A stretch of DNA of 44,582 nucleotides from Chiloscyllium plagiosum (Eukaryota): NCBI RefSeq assembly GCF_004010195.1, contig NC_057718.1, positions 34,206,384-34,250,965 on the forward strand, written 5' to 3'. The position numbers were made by a program, and so were the translations under genes. Below, in pieces: positions 32,756 to 43,341 of the stretch. Numbering within the stretch: the stretch's first letter is position 1; every line of letters begins with the position of its first letter. A model generated the notes under the pieces. The model did not search any database. It was not told the DNA's origin and saw only the letters and a program-made list of their open reading frames with translations.

Positions 32756-33599
32756 ATAATTGGGGAAACCTTGTTTACTATTTTACTGTGAGTTTTTCTG
32801 AAGCCAGATTGTATTTCCTGCAGTTACTGTGCATGTGATAACAATGAATAGGAAAACATTGAGAATGAGCCATTTGAATAACTGTTCTTTGCTCCATAAC
32901 AAATTCGCTGTAATTCTATATCCATCTTATCTAAATATTTAAACCAGCTTCAAACTGTAAAAGTCTGGGTTTTTTTATTCAGTTCTTTTTGTTCTTTTCA
33001 ATACGTTTTCTTGCTTTTGATTAAGATTTGATAGCTGGCACTAACCTTTTGTGATTAAAAAAATGAAAAATCCTTTCTCTCATTCTCCAACTCCATCCAT
33101 GTCCTCTGCATACTTTATATGACCCACCATATGTCTGTGCATGAATCACCATGCAAAGTTTGCCTAGGGAAACATTAGTTTTTTTACCAAAATTAATAAC
33201 TCTTCTGAGAAGGTTTCAATGTGCACAAAGATTTTTGACACGTAATGGTGACTGACTTGATCAATCATTGTATTTGCTTCACCACACGTTTGGTCTACTG
33301 AGCTGCGGTTTACATGCAGTCGGGTGTGACTCCTGTCAGTCATGTGGTTTTCAGGAACCCGATACATGTGAATTGGCCTTTGTGTTGACATAGTACTGAG
33401 AAGTATTTTGCAGCACTGGTCCTCTGCACAATGCAATGCTGCACAATTTGTGCAGATCGAACAACTCTGCTGAAATCGTAGCAAGCGATGAAGCTTGTCT
33501 ATCCCATTAATGTGAGAATGCACAGAGAAAGCTCGTTTAAGAATTTTAAGCATATTCACCAAAACTCATCGTTGCAGTCTTTACATAGTGCTGGAGTAC

Positions 33600-34465
33600 A
33601 AAGAACAAGAACAAATAAAAGTACAGAACAGGAACAGGCCAACACATGACATCTTTCTGAACTAAAAATCTTGTGCCTCCACACAGTTCGTATCCTTCTA
33701 TTCCCTGCCTATTCATATTCCCACGTCATATTCATATGCCTGTAAAGATGCCTCTTAAACATTGCTATTGTATCTGTGTCCACCATATCCTCTTGCAATG
33801 CATTTCAGGCACCCTCTGTGTAAAAAAGTATTTGCCTCTCATACCGCATTTAAACTTTTTCCCCTTTTACCTTCAACCTATGTCCCCTGGTAATTGACAT
33901 TTCTATCCTGGGAAAAAGACTCCCACTATCTATCCTATCTATGTCTCTCATAATTTTACATATTTCTGTCAGGTCGCCCCCTCAGCCTGTGACTTTGAGG
34001 GAAAACAAACCCAATTGCTCCTCGTAACTAATATCCTCCAAACCAAGCAACATCCTGGTGAACTTTTTCTGTACCCTCTCTCATCCTTCCGGTCATGTGA
34101 CAACCAGAACTAATTCTAAACGTGGTTTAAAGTTCTACACAACTGCAACAAGACTTGCCAACTTTTATACTCCACTCCCTGGCTAAAGAAGGCAAGCTAT
34201 ACACCTGCTACAGCACCTTATCTGTTTGTGTCGCCACTTTCAGGGAACTCTGGACCTGTGCACCTAGATCCTTCTGTATGTTAATACTTCAAAGGATTCT
34301 GCCATTTATTGTGTACTCCCCTTCTGAATTAGACATTCTAAAATGCATTACCCCATATTTGTCTGGATTAACTTCCTTCTGCCATTTTTCTGCCCAAGTC
34401 TCCATCCTATCTATTCTTGCTTCATCTTCTGGCAATCTTCCCCACTATCTGCAGCTCTCCCAATC
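33600..34465 (-). mobile_element. CR1 3' fragment
   Basis: AAGAACAAGAAC tail, AGAACAGGAACAGGCC, GCAACATCCTGGTGAAC (antisense FTRML) and GCCACTTTCAGGGAACT (antisense SLKVA); parallels 43342-44200. Confidence 0.85.
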
Positions 34466-34689
34466 TCCCAATGGCAGCTTGCACTTAAATAACGGCTTTG
34501 ACGTTGTGAAACATTTCAAGGTGATATATAGGAGCTCAGCTGCATGGTTTTGCTACATATGTTGTGACCAAGGTGGGACCTCAGAAAATGAAGACGAAGT
34601 TTGAGCAAAGTAACACTACACTGAATGCAACAGCTGTGAAATGCAGAAATTGTGGGAATGTTCATACAAATGCTACTCCACTCATTAGA

Positions 34690-35550
34690 ACAGACACATG
34701 AGGAGCTGATATTGGCTGTCCAGCCCTTGAGTCTGTTTGACCATTCATTACAATCATGGCTGATCTACTCCCATATATTCCAATCACCTTTACATTTCCC
34801 TGTCTAACAAAAAAATCTTTCACCTCCACCTTAAAGATATTTGATGCCACCTGCCTCCACTGCCTTCTGAAAGTCACACAACCTTTGAGAGGAAGTTAAA
34901 ATTCTCCCTACCTTTGTCTTAAAAGGACAACCCCCATTTTAAACAGTATCATCTAGTTCTGCATTCATCCACAAGAGGAAACATTATTTCCACATCTACT
35001 TTTTCAAGGTAGTTCAAGACCTTTTCCACGTCAATCTAGTAGCCTCTCAGACTTATAAACACCAGTGGGAAAAGAACATTGTCCAATCTTTCCTCATAAG
35101 TCAACCCATTCACTCCTGTTGTCAATCTAGTAAACTTCCTTGGAACTGTCTCCAGTACATTTTCATCCTTCCCGAAATAAAATACTAAAACTGTATAAAA
35201 TATTTGAGAAGTGGTCTCACCAATATCCTGTACAACTGAAGAATAACATCATTACTTTTATATCCAATTCCTCTACAGTAAAGGATGGCATTCCATTAGC
35301 CTTCTTAATTGCTTGTTGTAGTTTTATACCAATTTTTGTGACTCATGTACCAAAACACCTAGAACTCTCTACATCATGGACTTCTGCAGTTGTTTTCCAT
35401 TTAAGCATTAATTTACTTTTTCATTCTTCTTGCTATTATGAACAATTTTTCCCACATTATATTCTATCTGCCAGATTTATGTCCACTCACTTAAACTACC
35501 TCTATCTGTATCATCCTACTGTTCTCTTTACAGCCTACTTTCCTATTTTT
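34690..35550 (-). mobile_element. Old CR1 3' fragment
   Basis: GAGGAGC...CCAGCCCTTGAGTCTGTTTGACCATTCATTACAATCATGGCTGATCT tail; CAATCTAGTAAACTTCCTTGGAACTG (antisense VQRRFTRLI-like). Confidence 0.8.
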
Positions 35551-35790
35551 GTTAAAAATCACACAACACCAGGTTATAATCCAACAGGTCTACTTGGAAG
35601 TACAAGCTGTCGGAGCACTTCTCCTTCATCAGTTGGCTAAGAGCTTATGCTCGAAATGTGGACTCTCCTTTTCCTGGGATGCTGCCTGACCGGCTGTGCT
35701 TTTCCAGCCCCACACTTTTCGACTATAACCTGAAGTTGTGTGATTTTTAACTTTATCTACCACAGTCCAACACTGGCGCCTCCACATCCT
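35551..35790. mobile_element. Chimeric Penelope-type repeat: family B inverted arms enclosing a family A segment
   Basis: AAAAATCACACAACACCAGGTTATAATC (35554-35581) is inverted relative to GACTATAACCTGAAGTTGTGTGATTTTT (35721-35748); family A sequence at 35641-35722. Confidence 0.78.
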
Positions 35791-37099
35791 ATTTCTGTGT
35801 CATTTGTAATTTCCTCCTTCTCTCTTCCACCTCTAGGTGTACAGCTGTTACAGAAGTTATTTTTATATCCTTCATAGTGAAGCCAATAGCAAAATATTTG
35901 TTCATTCATGCCATTACCCTCATCTTTATCTTATTTACATCCATGACTTCATATTGGCCCAGACTTTCTGAGCAGAGCATCTTGTGACGTATCTGGTCAT
36001 TTAGTACTCCCTCACACTTTGGCCATTTTATTTTGGTCTGTAATTTGTTCCCTTTCTCAAATGGTGAGGTTGAGTGACATTTCAGGAACACAAACCTCAC
36101 CATCAAGAAGATGCTAATGTTGTTAATTACTAGCTCTCGCTTTCTGTGGTGGGTTTAATTGACAATTAATAAACAAATGCAACAATTTCTTAAAACTTAT
36201 TGGGACATTGAGAGCAAGCTGGCAAGTGGTAATTTACAATTCCCAGGGCATGCCTTTCTCACCACAAGCTGCTGGACGACTTACTCATTGAGAACAATTT
36301 ATCAATTAGACCCACCTTAACTTTGCCATCAAAATCTGTGACATCGCTGTGTAGCATCTTGCAAGTTGGGCATCAATGTCACATGCTTAATAAATACTCA
36401 GGCCTATTACAGTAAAAATTAAGTTGCTTTATTTCATTTTTCAGCTTCAATAATCTGATATCTGAAACTGCAAACACAACCCCATTATGCAATTACGAAT
36501 AGGAATATTGTGTGAACAGTTATCGGTCACATCTTGCAGTTTCATTATTAGTTGTGTCACGCATAAGAGCCCATTAAGAATTCATGCAAACAAATTCTTC
36601 TGAAGCATGTGTACACTGTGAAGAAGTAAAAGTCATATTTTAGCAAGTTTGAAATCCATGTGAATGTAGCCATCCCCTCCTCCAGTATTGTAATTAGTCA
36701 TCTAGATCTTCCACCCGACCTAACCCTTAATCCTGTTACTAAGAAGCTGCTGAGCTTCATGCTTTTTCCGCATGCCAGTGTATACTCCACTGTGGAGAGA
36801 AAAGGAGACTCTTCAGCAGAGGGTGTGTGGATGGAATATCCCAGAATGTAACCCTCATTGGAAAGATTACACATAGATCTAGACTTGAGCTGGTCAAGTT
36901 CTTTCATATATTATATATATTTAGCAACTAATTTTAACCTTTAATACCAATATTCTAAGCATGAATTTGATGATTTAAAATTATATCTTCTGAAATCGAA
37001 ACCTCTCTCTTTTCTGTCCTGTTTCCCTCAGCTTTGTATTTAACTCTTTATTTTTCTCATGTTTTGTCTTTTATGTTTTATTCTCATTTTTTAAAATGT

Positions 37100-37765
37100 G
37101 TTCCTTTCTTTATATGATCTCTCATTTTCTATTCTCTCAGATTATCAGACTGCACCCTGCTTATCCAACGTGCAATATTGGACAATCAGACATTTTCTCC
37201 AAATAAGTATTGGGAGGACCACTGTCTTCAGTCCTCACCACATTCCATTCTCCAGCCACTATCTTCAGCCCTATACCTGGAGCTGTCTGACACTTAATGA
37301 GTAGTTGGCAACCTTGGTATCATAAACTTTAATCCATGTGGCTCCACCATCAATAAAACTCTCTATTGTCTTATTCCATAATGTCACCCCGTTCCCGAGG
37401 GGGAGAAGTCCCATACTGCATGAACTAAGGAAGTGTATTCTCGATCTCAGCCAACCAGATTTCATGTTGATGGGGAGCAGACTGACCCTGGGGGAGGGGG
37501 GTGGGAATGAGGACGGTGGAATGGGGGAATTTTATCTCCTCTTAAAATTCACCACCAAGCCCCAGTGCTCTGCCACAGATGGCTATACCTGCAGATGCCA
37601 CAGTCCTACGTGCTGGACCATCCTCCTTAAATTTTGTCCATTCTCTACCTCTTTTCCTTCCCTTAGACACTCCTTAAAACAACCACTTGAACCAAGCTAT
37701 TACATCTCTTTGTGGTTTGGTGTAAAATGTTGTTCCTGGGAAATGGGTTCGGACATTTTATTTCA
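37100..37765 (+). mobile_element. L2-type LINE 3' remnant
   Basis: AAATAAGTATTGGGAGGACC (LNIGKT-like), GCAACCTTGGTATCATA (NLGII) and tail TCCTTAAAACAACCACTTGAACCAAGCT. Confidence 0.6.
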
Positions 37766-37767
37766 TG

Positions 37768-37870
37768 GAACATAGAACAGCACAGGAGCAAGCCCTTCAA
37801 CCCATCTTTTCTGTGCTGACTATGATGCCATTCTAAACAAATGCCATCTGTCTGTACATAGTCCATATCC
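37768..37870 (-). mobile_element. Short CR1 3' tail
   Basis: GAACATAGAACAGCACAGGAGCAAGCCCTTCAACCCA, similar to 43360-43400. Confidence 0.7.
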
Positions 37871-38899
37871 CTCACAAATGTGGTCATTATGAACCACAGT
37901 TGGATCCACCAGCTCCCACATCAGGCAGTTATAACACATCACCTTTACCAGCATGTCAATTGTAATTATTTAGTTCTTAATTTTTTTTTAAATGTACTGG
38001 TCCTTCAGTTTCTAGCCAACAATCTCTCTAGGCTGTATGCTCCAAGGTTCTGCCCATGGCGTTTTGTGTCCGCACATTTCTGTATTGATCTCTGCCTCTA
38101 GAAGTTACTGCTGCACTCATGTCAGAGGCCCATGCAGCCAGAAAGAAACTTAGAGGGAACACTGGCTCTGGCCCACTTCCCATCCCAGGCTCACACCAAA
38201 AAAGGAAACTTATAATTGCGTTCATTAGAATCCATCATAATACTTACGCTGGCTGATAGTGAAGCAGTTGTCTCTGCCACCCACTGCACGCTTGCAAGTG
38301 TCACAAGTTATGTCTTGCCTTTGTCCAGCATTCACCTCTTTTTATATCCTTGCTATTAACTTTTGCACCATTTAGATACTGATGTTCATTTGCAAAGCTG
38401 AATAACATGTAGCAAAATGCCTTTGACCAATATTTGAAGCCTAAGCATAATCACTGTATGTACTGCAAATGCCATTCTAAACAAACGTCATTTGCCTACT
38501 CATAGTCCATGTATTGCAAATGAATGGTGAAACAATTGCAAATTTAACATGGCTGGGATTTGCAAATGTATGCTTCATGTATTTGCCCCTTCAATGTCCA
38601 TAAGTCCAGAAAATATGGATTCTCTGCTTTCATCCATCAAACTGAACACTGACACAAGTGTTCAGGGCATTGTCCCAGCTATTTTCCAGTTGCTTTAGTG
38701 TCCAGTGAATAGCAAGTGGTGACAGAGAATGTCTATGCTGGACTCTGTTAGCCCCAGGCTTCACCTGGTAATCCTCCAGACCCTCCATATCCTGTTTTAC
38801 ATTGCAATCTCCTGATAGCCAATTTCCAACTAGCTTTCCCATTTGGAGACCTACCACATTGAACTAACCTACCACAGTCCTCTTTACTCCTTGATGATA

Positions 38900-40275
38900 C
38901 TTAATGATGTCTACTCTGGACCTACATGCTCCTTCGCTGGAGCCACGGTGGTGGTCACTGCCAATAACCCCCATCATGTGACCTACCATGCTCTCTGATG
39001 CTATACTGCATACCCTTCTTGTATCTTGACTTGTCCCTGTCATTGTCTTGTCCTTAACTCAATACATGCCTCTGCTTTCAGCCCCTAGCCTTGACTGCCC
39101 TATGTCCTTTTGACAATGAGACTCCCTATGCCCTACAATTAACCCTCACATCCTCAGCACTAAGCAACACACAGACACCCTCAGATCTCTGACTGACTTC
39201 AGTAAGTAGCCCCTAGACGTGACTAGACCCGCCTGTAGTCTTTACCTGTGACGGTTTGTCTTTCCAAAATCCCCGAGCAATGATGTGTGAATCTCCTCAG
39301 TACTTGTGATAGATTTAGAGGACTGACTGTTGACTGGTACCAGGCTGTAGTCAGACAGTAGGCCATTGACCAAGACCAGCCTGAACAAATGACTGACCAC
39401 GGCCAAGCTCCTAGACTGTGGACTGTGCCCCTGACTGATGGTACTAGGACCCCAGACAATCACTCCCACTCCACCGGCCTCCACTCTCTTTGACTGGAAT
39501 GAGATCAAGTCCCATCTCCTTTCTGCCGTGGCCATTTAATTGACCAAACCTGCAGTGTGCTTGCTGTGCAAGCAGCTGAGGTGTTTACACTGATGTAACA
39601 GTGTGCCATACAGCAAGCATAGATAGGTCCCCACTGGCAAGCAGTGGGTCTGTGTGCCTGAGATAAACAGCACATCAATAAAGCAGAATGAACAGCCTTT
39701 CGGCATTGTTTGAAGCACTGACATTTCATGGCACAGCAAGGCCTGGATGCTGACAGCATGCAGGTGGGTGCTAACTGTGTGAACGCCCAGAGAGCAAGCA
39801 AGCAGCCCTGATTCGCAGCTCTGTTCGGTCCGTGATCTGGGTGCCTCTCCTGGTGCCGTGTGCTTGCAGTAGTTTTAAATGCTACACCTCAGGGTACCCT
39901 GCAGTGTACATGTGTACTTCTCAAGCATCCTGCATGTGGATGGGAGCGGTTCCATGAGGATACCGCGGTGGAGTTGGCAATTATCAGGTTCCAATGTACA
40001 TGGATGAGAGGCTGGTGCCCAGGAGCGTGTCTCGAGGTGCTAGTGTATGGTGACCAACACGGAGGCTCTGATATAAGCTGAAGTCACCAGGTACCTGCTC
40101 TGATCTCTATGTCGAGAATTCTTGGCACCTAGTTTGCTCACAGCAGGTGCTGAATAGGAAGCTGAGATGTGCAGATAATAATGTCAAAAGCAAGCCTTAA
40201 TCCCATTTAATAGACAACTTAATAGGTCTAGTGAGAATCTTGTCTCGATCCCTGCGACTTAGTTAAAAGTTGGAT
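38900..40275 (-). mobile_element. Probable Harbinger-type element remnant with a possible Myb/SANT-like ORF at 39240-39535
   Basis: GC-elevated block; the minus-strand ATG at 39535 opens MATAERR..F....VEA, with TTAW in another frame; AGGTCTAGTGAGAATC near 40224 resembles the subterminal motifs at 24620 and 29200. Confidence 0.35.
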
Positions 40276-40299
40276 GTTTTCCTGTGTATTTGTCTTTTT

Positions 40300-40480
40300 A
40301 GATACCCCTCTACCAAGTGATATAGCTATTATCATGTTGCTGTTTCTGGGAGTTTATTGAGCTCAAATTGCTACCACATTTCCCACATCACTTCTGTCAG
40401 GACTTAATTGATTGGAAGGCACTTTGGGATGTCCTGAGGCTGTGAAAGGTGCTATACAAATGCAAGTTTTTCTTTTTCTC
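40300..40480 (+). mobile_element. Deu-type (SacSINE1-like) SINE 3' end
   Basis: ATTATCATGTTGCTGTTTCTGGGAG...GCACTTTGGGATGTCCTGAGGCTGTGAAAGGTGCTATACAAATGCAAGTTTTTCTTT. Confidence 0.7.
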
Positions 40481-41204
40481 TTTGACCCAACTGACTGGAG
40501 CTCGAATTACCAATTGTCGACAATCTAAGCAAGATTACACATGTTGTGTCTGTTGTTAGCAATGTTGCGGAATCACCTTGGAGCATAAATAGATCAGGCT
40601 ACACAACACCAGGAGTTTCAGCAATCCATTGAACCACTTCAAGGTGAACAGGGCATGAAAGAGAAGTGGAGGATAATAAAATGAATATTCAAACGTCAGA
40701 GAATAATATATTGGAAATTTCAATTAATCGCAGTGACGTCTTATTGCAGATTTGTGTTTCTACGTTTTTGTTTCAGAATGAGCATTCTTTTTATAATTTA
40801 CGGCGTTTCAAGTAAGAAAGCTACACCTGACTGGAAACAATAAATATCAATATATAATGAACTTTGAAACAGAAATATTAGTGACCTTTTTGATTTTCTT
40901 TTTCTGACTAAGATTCTGAGGGGGACGTGTTTTCCAGCCCATGACAGATTACTCATGAAAGAAAACTGCGTGTCATTGTAGCTAGCTGCATCCTGGCTCT
41001 TGCTCACTTTAGTTCAAGGTGGAAACAGTGTGTGTATTTTGTTTTGGTTCGACCGACACAATGATGTCATTTATTTAAGCCAGTTATTAACCTTGTGCCA
41101 GGAAAGAAGTTGACTCTGAATTGTATTCTTACTCCAGCTCTTTGTGCAGCATTTTACATCGTCAATTCTACATCTGAAGGTATTTGAAGCTTTGATGTCA
41201 AGTT

Positions 41205-41345
41205 ACAAAGTCATACTTGTGGGAGGCCATTCAACCCCATTAACTCATTCAATCCAGCACAAAAAAGTAGTTACTGTCTCTGCATCAAATTGTCTAACTG
41301 TATCTTGAATGAACCTAGTGTTGTCACCAAAAATACCCTTCTTTA
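41205..41345 (-). mobile_element. Old CR1 tail remnant
   Basis: GGAGGCCATTCAACCCCAT...TGTCTAACTGTATCTTGAATGAACC. Confidence 0.5.
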
Positions 41346-42079
41346 AAGCTTCTTCCTTGTCCTGTTATACAAACACACCTTACAGTAGTGTTCCAAATTA
41401 TAGTGGGTTACAGTTTAGAAACAAGCAAATTTGACCCATCAGCCAGACTTTGATGGTCTTTTCACTGAAGTGGGGTGGGTGTCTTAAAACTGAGAGACCC
41501 TCCTCCCTTAACGCTGAGAAAGCTCATTGGATTGAGGATCAACTGGACATTTACGTGTGGATCCAGTGAGCTTCCCCACTGAAGACCAAGTCCACCTAAG
41601 GCTCCTGGTCAGTAAGAGGAGCAGAAGGAAGTTCTGTGGAGACCAAGGCCTTCTGCTGAAGAGCTGCACTGGTGAGCAGATACGTCTGTTTTTGTGGGGA
41701 GATTGGAGGACGGAGTGGGTTGTGAGGTGGGGAGCTACAGAGGAGTTTGGGTATGGGGGCTAGATTTCAATGGCAACCGCCCCCTACCACCCCCACTCTC
41801 GATTTTCCCCTTAATTGGAACTAAAATGGAACAGACAGCCCCCATCCAAATAACCCAGGAGGCAGGTCAGCCTGGGTCCCATGTGGGAGAAGTGGTCACT
41901 TTCTTGCCTGCCTGGAAATCAGGCCAGTAGTCGGTTGAGCCCTTTAAGTAGTCCTCAGATGACTATTTAATGGGCTTTGGTCAGTGACAGTTTGGGAATG
42001 TTGTCATTGTAAACCCTTGCTCAAAATCTAATCACTGATGTGGCAGGAATGGGTTGGGAATCTCTCCAGGGTCAACCTG

Positions 42080-42330
42080 CCCACTTATCAGCCCTTGTTG
42101 CCACCTTCAAGGAAAAAGAAATTGTATCCATCAGCTCTGTGCCTGTGTTTTCTCTTCAAAGCCATTTCATTTAGTTCCACTTCTACAACCTTTAAGATTC
42201 CACTTTCTCAAACATCCATTGGATTCCCTCTTGAGTGAGTTTTGGTCTTTGCTTCAGTGGCTTGTGACAGACAATTCCACATTCTTATCGACATAAAGAT
42301 ATTTTTAAAATTCCCATTGATTTTGTTGGA
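42080..42330 (-). mobile_element. Old CR1 3' remnant
   Basis: TCAAACATCCATTGGATTCCCTCTTG...GACAGACAATTCCACATTCT (antisense of RMWN.L-like). Confidence 0.45.
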
Positions 42331-42444
42331 GAGTATTTTGAGTTTAGGCCAATGGCTCACTGATCAATGGAAACAGAAGCCCAAAAATTTACTCCACAGA
42401 AAGCAGCAATCCAGCCCATTGTATCCAATATCTTGGAAACTCCG

Positions 42445-42541
42445 AGTCAAAGAGTGTGGTGCTGGAAAAGCACCACCGATCAGGCAGCATCCAAAGAGCA
42501 GGAGAGTTGGCGTTTCAGACATAAGCCCTTCATCAGGAATG
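42445..42541 (-). mobile_element. Penelope-type short repeat (family A) with a full-length degenerate hammerhead motif
   Basis: Minus strand reads ATTC-CTGATGA-A-GGGC-TTAT-GTCT-GAAAC-GCC-AACTCTCCTGCTCTTTGGATGCTGCCTGA. Confidence 0.8.
42505..42540 (-). ncRNA. Minimal type I hammerhead ribozyme motif (probably inactive copy)
   Basis: Core CUGAUGA and GAAA flank a 4-bp stem II with two G-U pairs; the cleavage triplet is GCC here but GUC in the sister copy (17074-17076). Confidence 0.55.
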
Positions 42542-42639
42542 ACCGGCAAACTGAGAATTGCAGCCCTAAACATGGATGGCTAGCCATCCTGCCTAAAACA
42601 AGTAGGAGTCTTTACTTATCTAGTGTAGATTGTGGGAAA

Positions 42640-42800
42640 TTGAGATCTTGTGGCAAAGTGTTCCCTGCGCTGAGCCAGAAGCTCCAGGTTCAAGCCCTAC
42701 TATGGTTGGCTCAGTTAGCAGGTCAGCTGGTTTGGAGTAGACTGGTTCCAGCAGCACGAGGTTCGACTCCTTTTCTGCTTGGGTGGATTTGATATTTGCC
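42640..42800 (+). mobile_element. Two adjacent tRNA-derived SINE heads
   Basis: CTGAGCCAGAAGCTCCAGGTTCAAGCCC, then A box TGGCTCAGTTAG (42707) and B box GGTTCGACTCC (42760); no tRNA cloverleaf. Confidence 0.55.
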
Positions 42801-43209
42801 TCCTTGACCCACTAGTGGTGAGAATCACTGTGGTTTGCACTTACCATTCAGCAGAGTACTCAGAAAGATTGCGATTTTCCAATGCATAATGAGGAATGCA
42901 TTCCAATGCATACAACGCCTGGCCAGAGGTAACGATCATAACGCAGCCTGACCAAAACCAATGGTCCTGCAGCTACCTTACCTTCCATCCCCCACCCACC
43001 CCGAAAACATTCATGCTGGAAATGTAATGAAACATCCAGAAACTGTATATGGCAGCCTGTGACTTTTTTTTTGTTCCCCAGTGAAAGCAGAATTCAGGTG
43101 GTCATCTGCAAGTTCCAAACTCAAAGGCAAATATCAGGAGCAAATCAAATTCGGAAATACTCAACAGGTCAGGCAGCAATGGCAGATCGGGAAACGCTAT
43201 CAGAGAGAT

Positions 43210-43341
43210 GATGGCCTCCTGGTATTATTGCAATATCATTAATCCACAGGGACCCCGTGCTTGAATCCCCCGATGGCAAATGGTGGCATTTCTATTCAAA
43301 ATCTGGAATTAAGTGCCTAATGGTGATAATGAAACTGCTGT
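43210..43341 (+). mobile_element. 5' half of tRNA-derived shark SINE, interrupted by the CR1 insertion
   Basis: TTGAATCCCCCGATGGCAAATGGTGG...AATCTGGAATTAAG...ATAATGAAAC matches 24060-24140. Confidence 0.65.

Noticed and set aside
42700..42775. tRNA gene (also 13495-13569)
   Set aside because: A and B boxes are present but there is no acceptor stem or cloverleaf; these are SINE heads.
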